Assembly: GCF_030684315.1 (NCBI RefSeq)
Contig: NC_081357.1
Coordinates: forward strand, 60,499,517-60,563,516
DNA length: 64,000 bases
Source: Stegostoma tigrinum
Lineage: Eukaryota
Direction: 5' to 3'
The notes under the pieces are model-generated. The model did no database searches. It saw only the letters and a program-made list of their open reading frames with translations, and was not told the origin of the DNA. Shown piece by piece: positions 53,620 through 64,000 of the stretch (position 1 is its first letter; each line of letters opens with the position of its first letter). Both the position numbers and the translations under genes were made by a program.

Positions 53620-54149
53620 GTGCATACTTTTGATTTAACGCTAAGAGAATTTATTTTGCTGTGAAAAAAATGTGTCTTTTGGTAAAGATTATAAATTAGA
53701 TTTCACTAATGTTACTCAACCTTATTAATCTTACTCAAGCAAGAGGACCACACTGAAAATTAAACCCAACCATTACACAAGTCATACCAAAAATGTAAAT
53801 GTTTAATTCAATCACTAAAAATGGTCAACTCATTTTTCTTTATTACTGTGAACTAAAGGAGAAGAGACTTTCACCAGATTTTTCAATAAATTCAAAAATA
53901 GTAGGCCTATTTCAGGCAAACCCATTCTTGAAACAAGTGATAAACTGATTTCCAACTAAGCTACTTTTGTGACTTAAAATATATCCTCCTCATTCATAAA
54001 GGCACATGCGTTCATACTCAGCCAGAACAAGGCATGCACAAGAGCTCTGCAGAACGTTTATGAGTAGAAAAATAGCAAAAGCGTTAAAGTCAAGAATGCC
54101 TACCTCCTGATGCTTCAGTCTTCTCTTACATCAACACTGACTGCTTACC

Positions 54150-54810
54150 TAATCTTCAACTCACACTCAGCTCTCCCATGGCGTCTTCACATCCCTTCGC
54201 ACATGGAGCCTGCACGCAGCACCGATTTCCTGCCAGGGGAATTTCTTCCTCAGTCCTTTGTCGCAGTCTTTCATAATTTGAGTGCTGTCCTTTCTGGTGA
54301 ATCTGGATCGCCTGCTCCCTGCTGTCATAAGACAATTTATCCATGAAACAGAAAACAATGCTATTCTGCTGCATTAAATTTGGGCGGCATGCTTGCCATA
54401 GCTCAATAGCTGGAGCTAAGTGGATGCTATAAGAAGTAGGTGTGGGGATGGCAACATTGGTTAGTTTGTGAAGGTAAGGTGAAGCATGTGAACTTTGGCC
54501 TGAGTCCTTTGTGCTCAGAATTGCTGATCAGTCAGTGACTGAGGGTCGGTATTGCAATTGGCAAGAACTATCCTGTGAAAGTGTATTCACTGTCTTTATG
54601 AATTCACTGAACCGCTTCTGTAACTGCTATCAGATCCTTGGGGCCAGACTTTGGAAATTGGCCTTCTAGAGCAGTTACTCCCATTCCTTTCTTAGCAGTG
54701 TCTTTAGAACATTCTTGCCCCAATGACTCTCTACTGCTGTCGACCTCCTGGAGTAAAGTCTCCAACACACCTTTGTGGGAACCTTAGACCTCCTTATCTT
54801 GGCTGCTGTT
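54150..54810 (-). mobile_element. PIF/Harbinger-type Myb/SANT gene relic
   Basis: Minus translation VLETLLQEVDSSRESL...KEWE*LL*KANFQSLAPRI**QLQKRFSEF (about 54590-54770) fits the LE.LL.EV...W......N.....R...Q..KRF Myb/SANT pattern. Confidence 0.6.
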
Positions 54811-55042
54811 GGTGTTTCTCCTTTCAACCACCTGCACTTCAGACAGTCACCAGTAGTTTCCCTGTAAACATTGGAATTCTCCTTTAAATGGGTTGACCTG
54901 CCTTTAAGCTAGCTATGTACACTGTTGTGCACACTGTTGCACATTCATCCAGTCACTAGTGGGGCCACAGTTATCATACTCAACAGTGAAAGTACACACT
55001 AGTTGCCCAGCAAAACATCCAAACCAGTGTTTTCCAGATAGG

Positions 55043-55221
55043 CAAGAGAGATATTGGGAACTGCAGATGCTGGAGAATCCGAGATAACAAAGTGCGAAGC
55101 TGGATGAACACAGCAGGCCAAGCAGCATCTTAGGAGCACAAAAGCTGACGTTTCGGGCCTAGATGAAGTGCCTAGGTCCGAAACGTCAGCTTTTGTGCTC
55201 CTAAGATGCTGCTTGGCCTGC
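55043..55221. mobile_element. Mini inverted Penelope-terminus insertion with 15-bp flanking direct repeat
   Basis: About 53-bp near-perfect arms (55110-55162 / 55172-55224); tgttttccagatagg at 55028-55042 and 55222-55236. Confidence 0.88.
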
Positions 55222-55534
55222 TGTTTTCCAGATAGGTGTCTGGCAACAAACAGTCATTATCAAAATAGGTGCGTGTGTGAGTCACATTTAAAATTACAAT
55301 CTGTATTTCAGATAAAGTTTGCATTTTCCTTTATTTTCAACCCCTCATTTTGTAGGAAAGGGATTCTTAACAGATATCACTGAAGAAATGGTCATCATTT
55401 GATAAATTACATAGCCATGCCCCATCCAGAACTTGTGACATTGTAAATCTGGGCTTCCTAATTAATAACATTTGATGAAATTTGTTCTTTCATGAAAATC
55501 CTTTACTAATATTAACTTAATTTTATTATTTTAG

Positions 55535-55646
55535 GAAAACATAACTACTTCAAATGCACAGCTGTTTGACAAGGAAACTGCCAATATCAGTGATCGTGCC
55601 AACCAGATCAATGGGCAAATTGGTGATATTGCCAACTTGGTCCAAG
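55535..55646 (+). CDS. LAMA4: Laminin alpha-4-like coiled-coil exon, phase 0-1
   Basis: attttag|GAA...G|gtaaaa; 112 nt; ENITTSNAQLFDKETANISDRANQINGQIGDIANLVQ. Confidence 0.88.
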
Positions 55647-55959
55647 GTAAAAGCATAACTCTTTTTCTATGAAAAGCAAAGCCTGCATTAATCTGAAAGG
55701 AAGCTGAAGCAAAACTGTTGGTCATTTCATCATGTAAGCTGTGGCTAGAAAGGAAAGAGAGCAGGATGAAGGAAGTTTCCATTCAGAACTGATTTTTAAT
55801 TATGTAGAAGGCCTTCCTTTAATTATAACAACAAACTAAATTATTCTATAAAGTCACTTTGCACCTATGTGAATGCGTTTTCTTTTCTGCTATTCTTGCA
55901 ATAATGGGTAAGACTTACAAAATTATCAATTTGTCAGTATTCAAATCCTGACAACTTGT

Positions 55960-57250
55960 TGGACATGTCCAAACTCTGGTGAAGGTGGTGTAAATATTTC
56001 TCCACATTTGCTTTAAATACAATTCCGTGTGGGTGAGTTGATGAACAGATTGATGCATGCATTTTTCTCCAGAGTAAATGGGCAGTTAGTTCTTTTCTGA
56101 GAGATGTGTTTGTGCTCTGAAGATCGTTGTATCTGCATAGGGCCATACCCCTCATCAAGCTGCACGTGTGGATCGCTGGCATTTAGCTGAAAATATGGAA
56201 AATTGTGTGGTGAGTCATGCATACATAAAGCAGAAGATATCTAACTTGGCCAGTTACTGCCCAATCAATATTCTCTGGATCATTAATAAAGTGACCAAAG
56301 AGGTCATCGACAGTGTTATGAAGCAGCATTTGCTTAGAAATAACCCTCTTATGAATGCTCAGTTTACATTCTGCAAGGACCACTTAGCTCCTTGGCCTCA
56401 TTGCAATTTTGCTTCAAACATAGATAAGAAAGCTGAATCCAGAGGGGGTACTGAGAGTGACCCCATTAAATCCATTCTGGACTAAATATTGCATCAAGGA
56501 TCCCGAGCAAAGCTAGAGTCAAAGGGAATTGGGGAAAAAAATCTCTTGACTGTTTGGAACCATAATTTGCAAAAAAGGAAATGTTGTAGTTGATGGACAT
56601 CAGTTGAACATCTCTGCAGGATCTCTTCAGCGTAGTGTTGTAGGTGCAACCATCTTCAGCTGCTTCATTATTGACTTGCCTTCTGTTATAAGGTCATAAG
56701 CAGGGACATTTGCTAATGACCTCCCAGTGTTAAGAACCATTTGCAACTCACCAGATAATGGAACAGTCCATGTCCAGACGCAACGGACTTAGGCTGACAG
56801 ATAATATTCATGCCACATAAGTGCAAGAAAATGACCATCTCCAACAAGCGAGAATCAGCAAATGACAGTTAGTAACATCACAGAATGCCCCTTTGTGAAC
56901 AACTTGGGGGTTACTAGAAACCAGAAACTGAACAGGACAAACTATATAAATACAGTGGCTACAAGAGCAGATCAGAACTTAAGGGACCTGCAGGAAGTAA
57001 ATCACCTCCTGACTTTTTAAATCCTGTCTAATATCTGTAAGCCACACATCAAAATTGTGAAGGAATACTCCCCACTTGCCTGAAGGGTGCAGTTCTAATA
57101 GCACTCAAGACGTTTGACACCATCCATGACAAAGCAGCCTGCTTGGTTGGCACCACATCTGCAAACAGAGTATGTGCTGTTTGTACCATCTGCAAGATGC
57201 ACTGCAGAAATTCATCAGGGGTCTTTCGACAACATTTTTCAAACCCAAGG
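55960..57250 (+). mobile_element. Degraded CR1/L2-group LINE RT region
   Basis: SNLASYCPINIL.IINKV, SVVGATIFSCFI.DL, GTFAND (FADD-like). Confidence 0.75.
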
Positions 57251-57786
57251 CCAAAACTCTCAGATCCCGTGAATAATAAAAGTTTAGTCTCTTCTAGTTT
57301 AGTGTTTAACACACTTTGCAATTCTGAGAGTGATATGCTGCAGAGGTATGCTTTGTATTCCTCAGTAGTTTAGAAATATGGGTTAATCAAGTTTCCAGTT
57401 TCTAGATATAACTTCATAGACTTGAGAAGTTCAAGTCTGACACAAAGAAGCCTTGTTCATCATTTGCCTTTCACATTAGGTCAGTACTGGTAATTTAGTT
57501 AGAAACTATTAGAAACATATTTCTTTTTTATTCACGGATGCTGTACACATTGAATATGTTTAAAATTACTAGATCAAGGCTGCATTCAGAAAATTAAATT
57601 GTAACATCAGATTGTGATGTGGAATGACAAAGAAACTGAAGCCGAATGACTCTGAAATCTATACTGCCTATAACTATCCATTTCTACATTCAAGTAAACC
57701 CCGCTGCAGTGTTGTCGAAGTTAGCCAGTTGACTTACCTAACAAGGTTTGCATTTCGCTAAGGTGTTACCTAATTATTTTTTGCAG

Positions 57787-57951
57787 ATATTATTGAAGGC
57801 CTAAATAAATATGGAAAAGAAGAAGAACTGTCAGCTGAGGAAATTAACAAAAGCTTTTATGAGGCGAACCAGATGTTGGATGAGCTGAGAAACCGGGACT
57901 TTTCTGACCAAAAACCATTGGCTGAAGAAGAAAGAGCAAAAGCCCGGAATT
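57787..57951 (+). CDS. LAMA4: Laminin alpha-4-like coiled-coil exon, phase 1-1
   Basis: ttttgcag|AT...T|gtgtgc; 165 nt; (D)IIEGLNKYGKEEELSAEEINKSFYEANQMLDELRNRDFSDQKPLAEEERAKARN; donor weak but phase-compatible with the next exon. Confidence 0.85.
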
Positions 57952-58829
57952 GTGTGCTTTAATAATTTACATTAATATTCCTACTTTGCACAGAGAATGA
58001 AGCATTTATTCAAATATTTGGTCTTAAGATCTTGGTAAAGCCCAATGACATTTTTTTTAGAAAAGTAGACATCAAAAATCCCTGTAATTTAAGAAAGAAT
58101 GAAGCCACAGATTCCATGGCTCATAAAAAGTTGATGTTAGCTATCAATACTCTAAGATGCGGAATCAATATAGGTTACACAAAAATTCACTGTAAATTGT
58201 GGTTAATTATGAACTATCAACTAGATACTAAATGACATTTCAATCTCAAAATTAGTTTAACAATTCATTCATCAATCTCAATTATAAATGTCAGCCAAAA
58301 TTACAAAATTATGTCTTTCTCAGAAAGTAATTCGGCTTCTCCCCTCAGGAACTAACCTGATCCCCAGCAGACAGCAGTATACAATCAATCTGCAGATCCA
58401 TAGCATGGTCTTCAGCACAAATGGCATAAGTTTTCATAGTAAATTCTTCTCAGATTCTGGATCTAGCTTCTATTATTTTCATCTTTCCTGTACTGCATCA
58501 TTGGACATACCAAGTTCTACTGGACCAAGATTTATCAGTTCTTTTTGGTCTCCATATAATTTTTGTTTCTCAGTGGCAGTTTCAGGTTTGGTTTTCTTAG
58601 CAAATGGGAGAGTCAGTGCCCTTAATGTTTAATTTCCTGATATACTATATCGGTTGGGGCCTATCTAAAAAATACACAATTTGAAACCAGAAAATCCTTC
58701 ACAATGGTATAGCCCATCAAATTGTATGAATTAGCTAAAAGTACTTTTCCAACAACTAAGTACACACATTCTTTTCAGAAGTGTGTCTTCAGTCCAGGGA
58801 ATCAATTTGTTTTGCAGAGAGTACAAGGA

Positions 58830-59150
58830 TGGTGTGGTGACTCAGTGGTTAGCACTACTGCCTCACAGTGCTAAGGACCCAGGTTTGATCCCAGTCTTGG
58901 GGGACTGTGTAGAATCTGCAGACTCTTCCTGTGTCTGTGTGGGCTTCCTCCCATTTTCTACCACAGTCCAAAGATGTGCAAGTTAGGTGTATTGACCGTG
59001 GTAAATTCCCCTGTGGTGTGCAGACGAGGTAGCCATCTGGAGCAATGGGGATAGGATGGAGATGTGGGTCTGGTTGGGATGCTGTTTGGAGGGAAATCAC
59101 AACATTGTTGGGATGAATGGCTTCTTTTGGCACTGTGGGGATTCTATGCG
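58830..59150 (+). mobile_element. HE1/V-SINE-like SINE
   Basis: ggtgactcagtggttagcact...ccacagtccaaagatgtgc; homologous to 3418-3680. Confidence 0.8.
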
Positions 59151-59309
59151 TAAATGCAGGATTTGAAATCAACTATATGCTAATTTTTAGCTAATTCATA
59201 ATATATTCCTAGTTTTCTACTCCTTCACGCTTCAAAAGTCCTAATTTGTACATGTTTGAGGATTTCGAAACACCAATCTGACAGTGTTCAACATTTAATT
59301 ACTTTTCAG

Positions 59310-59503
59310 TGTTAAATCGTGTTCATGGGTTTTATAATAAGCTGATGGAAGCTAATAACTCAATTCGTAAAGTACAGGACAATATTACCAAATACAATAA
59401 TGATATCTTGGATCTGAAGGAAGCACTTGAAGATGCAATCAAGACTGTGCAGGAGACAGAGGAGAAGAATGAAAATAACATCAAAGGTTACCAAAGAAAA
59501 GAG
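59310..59503 (+). CDS. LAMA4: Laminin alpha-4-like coiled-coil exon, phase 1-0
   Basis: cttttcag|TG...GAG|gtgaac; 194 nt; LNRVHGFYNKLMEANNSIRKVQDNITKYNNDILDLKEALEDAIKTVQETEEKNENNIKGYQRKE. Confidence 0.9.
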
Positions 59504-60588
59504 GTGAACCTATACAGGAATACTTTCGGTCCAAAATAAACCTCCAATTTATTGCATATTACAAAATGCAAATCTGATCTGCCTGAATTACCAGTTGATA
59601 CACTATTTATTTCTGTGCGTACAGTGGCCTGAAGGAGAAAGACTGAGATAAATAATAAGCGTTATTAAAAGCAGAAAGCACTAGAAAATCCGAACGGTTC
59701 TGGCAGCATCTGTGGATAGAGAAATAGCTCATCTTTCCAGTCCAGTGTGATTCCTTCAGTTCCAGAGAAAAGTTATAGTGGAATTGAAACATTCTCTCTC
59801 TCTCCACCGATACTTCCAGATCTGCCACACTTTCTGTTTTGATTCAGATTTCCTGCGTCTACGATATTGCTTTGATTTAAGGAGGGTTCATTGAAAAAAA
59901 AAGTTGAGTTTTAGCATACACTTTTAACATACAAAGGTTTAGATGCACAATCTTCCATGTGGAGGCAAAGAAGGCATGAGTCAGATGGCACTGTGCTCAT
60001 ATCTATTCTAGTTGATGAATTTAAAGACATAAGGCTAACTACACTAATCCTACACTGGCCATGGAGCGTTGGCATTGGGTGAATTTATCCTACTCTGCAG
60101 GCAAAAAGATTGGATTTAGATTCACTTAATATATTTGTCTTTTCACCCACATGATCTTTCTGTTTGCAAATTGTATTTCAGCAAATATGAATCATCTAGA
60201 CGAGTTATTGAAAATAACTGTATCAGGAATTTAAAATCAAAGATTAAATAATTCATTAATGCACCCTAAGTATTGGTGATGAACTGAGTTCATTTAAGAT
60301 ATCAAGGACATAAACAAAATGAAAGAACAATCCAGGTTTCCAAACAGCCATTTTTTTTTATAATGTTAGGTTGTACAGGCAATATGTTGAACTAGTTCTA
60401 ATCCTTCCTTTGGTTCAGGAGTCAAGCTTTGCAACATTGCAGATTACTTTGACAGAAAATTTGATACTACATTACCAGGAATCCATGAAGGAAGTAACAT
60501 AAATGCATTTATAAAATTCTTTGGAAAATATTAGTAAACTAAAGACTTCCGTCCTGCAAATTTTTTCAGTATTTGTTTCCTTCCACAG

Positions 60589-60705
60589 AGACTACAAAAA
60601 GTATTAAACAAACATTTTGCTGCTGTTAATATGACCCTTCAAATGGCTAGTAATGGCTTGATAGACACGGAAATTGCTATATCCGAACTAGAAAATAAGA
60701 TTACG
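60589..60705 (+). CDS. LAMA4: Laminin alpha-4-like coiled-coil exon, phase 0-0
   Basis: ttccacag|AGA...ACG|gtaagg; 117 nt; RLQKVLNKHFAAVNMTLQMASNGLIDTEIAISELENKIT. Confidence 0.9.
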
Positions 60706-61799
60706 GTAAGGCAAGACAAACTTTAATAGCTGGTTAATAATAAGTGAGTGTGTAAGCCAATAACTGGACTGAAAAATGTTTAAAGTTTATAAAAATATTC
60801 ACAAGGAAGATTTGTCCTGTTAATGTTATTTATTAAGAAGTTAGTAACAGGTGTATGATGCAAACATAAGAAAAAAGTGCTTCTATGAGACTGTGTGAAA
60901 ACTTGGGGGGTTGGAATAAATGAGGTGGAAACATTGAAAACTTGCAATTTCAGCTTTCATAACTACATCTTGGCCTTCATGTTGTCTGCATTTTACTTTT
61001 TAACATCAGCTCAATGTCTGTCCAGCCACAATGGCATTGCCACTGCTGATAATATGGCTGAAACTGAATTTAAAATAAGCATTCTCTATGATGCATAATT
61101 CTACTGAAACTGGCCAAACACTTTCAAAGTGTTAAGCATAATTTTGATCCATGTAATTTGAGTTTCTATAATCTAGTGTGAATTTAAAATATGTTGTACT
61201 GAAACTGAAAGCAGAACCTGTCAACAAAACTAGTCGCACCCACCAGATTAAAATAATCATCACTGAGAGGTTCAACTAATTGTACTTGTTTGCAGACCTT
61301 TTAAGAGTCTCTTAAAATTAAATTTTAATTTTAGGCTCAAAAAGCTCATAGGGACTTTTCAAAAGCTTTTGGTCATCTCTATTTCTGAACTTGAAGACTG
61401 CTTATTATTACCTACTACATTTGATGATTACTGATCACTGTTCAACAATATAACCAGCAAATGGTCTTGTATACTTTCTTAACTTTTTTAGTAATTTAAA
61501 ATTGTTAAATTGTTATTAAAAGTCATTAATGAACTAGATATTATGATTAAAGTACTTGATTTTTAGAATAAAGCCATTTCCAGTTAAAATGATAAAACTT
61601 CACAATCACCACTTTCTTTTATTCTTACATGGGATGTGCATGTCACTGGCAAGACTGGCATTTTTTGCCCATACCTAATTGTCCTTGAACTGATTGGCTG
61701 TGTAGGGCAGTTAAGCATCAACCACATTGTTATAAGTGTGGAGGCACATATAGGCCAGACTGGGTAAGGGTGACAGATTTCTTTTCCTGACAGCTTCCC

Positions 61800-62205
61800 T
61801 GGAAAAAATCACACAACCAGCCCAGCTCGTCCCCTCCCCCCACCGCATCCCAAAACCAGCCCAGCCTGTCTCTGCTTAGCTAACCAGTTCTTCCTGTCAC
61901 CCATTCCTTCCTCCCACCTCAAGCCACACCTCCATTTCCTACGTACCACCTCATCCCACCTCCTTGACCTGTCCGTCTTCCCTGGACTGACCTGTCCCCT
62001 CTCTACCTCCCCACCTAACTCTCCTCTCTACCTATCTTGTTTTTCTCTCCCTCTTCGGTCCGCCTCCCCCTCTCTCCCTGTTTATTCCAGTTCCCTCTCC
62101 CCATCCCCCTCTCGGATGAAGGGTCTAGGCCCGAAAAGTCAGCTTTTGTGCTCCTGAGATGCTGCTTGGCCTGCTGTGTTCATCCAGCTCCACACTTTGT
62201 TATCT
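61800..62205 (+). mobile_element. Penelope-like 3' end nested in a minus-strand SINE (about 61620-61790 and 62212-62350)
   Basis: Reverse-complement match to about 5785-6200; flanks match the 48887-49240 SINE family in reverse. Confidence 0.78.
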
Positions 62206-63196
62206 GATATCAGACATTAGATAGGTTTTCTTTTATGACAATCAGTAGTGGTTATATGGCCACCATTAAGCTAGCTTTTAAAACAAAATTACAATTTTTT
62301 TAAAAATTCACTATCTGCCATGGTGTGATTTGAATCCACTAGCATTAACCTGAGACAAACACAGAGAATGCTGGAGGAACTCAGCTCTTCTGGCTCGCTC
62401 TATAGGTAGAGAAATATCTATTTTAAAGCCAGATAACTGCATTCAAAATATGATATGTAAAAGATGCTTTCAGAGATAAGCCAAGATAAGGCAAGAACAA
62501 GGTTACACTAGTTAGCGGTGTTGAAAGATAAGGTTAGGAAACATTTCAGAAAATATTTCATGCAAGCATTGTCAATACTTGAATCTTCCAGGTAGACTAC
62601 TTGTTAGACTTGTTTAAATTATATTTAGCAAATGAGTGAGAAGGATATAAGTGATGAAAATCTTTGTCCATTATCCTTCCCATCACCGGTGTATGCTATA
62701 AAATCACTGGCACCCTGCTCACTATTTCTAAATTACACAGATGTTACAATGAAAAAATGATGAAGAAATATGATTTTAAGAGTTAAAGCAAATTGTCAGG
62801 AAATTAGTTAGGCTTGAAAACAAGAACCCTTCATTGCATTCACTGGTATTACCTGCTTAAGGGTGGATTTCCAACTGTCACCTGCTTCATAAACAAACAC
62901 TAGCAAATGGCACCTCAGCTTTAAGACTTTGTGGCATATTTCTTCTGTCTGTTAAAGCCGTTCACTTCTGAGCTTTGGATATGGACAGCTCAGAGTTCTC
63001 AATAGACAGGAAGTGTTCAGACATTGAGATATCTTTAAAGGCTGGTTACTTCTTTGTCATTTTGATCAGAAAATACTTACCTCCTTAATAATTTCAGATT
63101 GACATATTAAATGTTCAGAAGTACTTACAAAGTTTCAGATTTTATCAAAAAGAATTTTTTATAATATCTAACTTTCTTGTTTTTTTTAAATGGCAG

Positions 63197-63345
63197 AACT
63201 TGTCTACATTCCATGCCTCAATAGATGGTGCTCAAATCCTACTGAGGGATAAACTGACAAATCTCTCTACATATGACAAGCCCCTGGTTCTCCGAGCTAT
63301 AGACTATGCTGAACAGCTTCGCAAGCTTGCATTAGAGTTGGCCAA
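63197..63345 (+). CDS. LAMA4: Laminin alpha-4-like coiled-coil exon, phase 0-2
   Basis: tggcag|AAC...AA|gtaagt; 149 nt; NLSTFHASIDGAQILLRDKLTNLSTYDKPLVLRAIDYAEQLRKLALELA; IDGA...KL.NLS...LV..AID matches LAMA4. Confidence 0.92.
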
Positions 63346-64000
63346 GTAAGTCGCACCATCTGGTCTCTACATAACAAATTTGCTAAGTTAACAACAATAT
63401 TGCTTAGAGCTGCAATGAAACAAACAATGAGAAGAAAGGATGTGAGTTAAGTGACGCATTGTTAAACATACATTTTACATTCTCGAGTCCTAAAACAGGG
63501 TGAAGGATATATCAAGTTTTACATGCTATGAAGTCACACATCTTTAACTAGACTACAGCTTAATGAGGCACAATTTTACAATGTTGAATTGCATCTTGAT
63601 AGTTAATTTGTATTGTAAGTTCTTGGGAAGGAATCAGTTAGCAGATTTAGACTTATCTTAACAACTTTCTATCTTTCAAGATAGTTTTTGCCTTGGCGGT
63701 CAACTCTGTTTTGAAGATCACTGAGTGTATATGCCACTCACTGTAGCATGGCAGTCTCTGCTTCATTTGATGTCACTGAAGACAGTTGACTGAAAGAGTG
63801 CAGGCTTCATTGGCCTTTATTTTCTCTGGGCCCTCTTCTTATCCATTTGAGCATTCCATTTCTCCGTATGTTTTCCAAACAGTCAGCCTTCAGAGGTCAA
63901 TCTGTTGATGCCTGTCACCTTCATTATTCACTATCAGGTGTTCACATAGTCAAGATATTGAAGGCAATCAGGTCATGGTCCAATGGCTAGTTCACTGTAC

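Noticed and set aside
13464-63345. Assignment as LAMA5 or LAMA3
   Set aside because: EKCLDGYIGD, NSDPNLIF.DC, CRNCLRNTTG, CDKCVWDL, the truncated last LE repeat and the absence of any recognisable L4-domain exon in the preceding 13 kb fit LAMA4 better; a phylogeny is still needed

Overview
Eukaryotic (vertebrate) genomic DNA, AT-rich. The repeat families (CR1 LINEs, HE1/V-SINE-like and Deu-like SINEs, Penelope-like elements) point to a cartilaginous fish, probably a shark (inference). The window lies inside one + strand gene, laminin subunit alpha-4 (LAMA4-like). I resolved 14 internal GT-AG coding exons (13464-63345, 1895 nt) with consistent phases. They encode the laminin-EGF (LE) repeats and the start of the coiled-coil; the start codon and the LG domains lie outside the window. 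The ORF track misses most exons because they are short. Introns hold CR1 and CR1/L2-group LINEs, a Rex1/Babar fragment, Penelope-like elements, tRNA-derived SINEs, candidate solo LTRs and Harbinger Myb/SANT relics, often nested. Main observations: (1) two LAMA5-like LE exons (40141-40241, 45646-45826) form a frame-symmetric 94-aa module that is absent from human LAMA4 as I recall it; (2) several repeat families carry minimal hammerhead-ribozyme motifs with different but complementary stems; (3) there are tiny hairpin-shaped Penelope insertions flanked by 12-15 bp direct repeats. I found no prokaryotic system or CRISPR array. Homology statements come from recalled sequences, not searches, and repeat boundaries are approximate.
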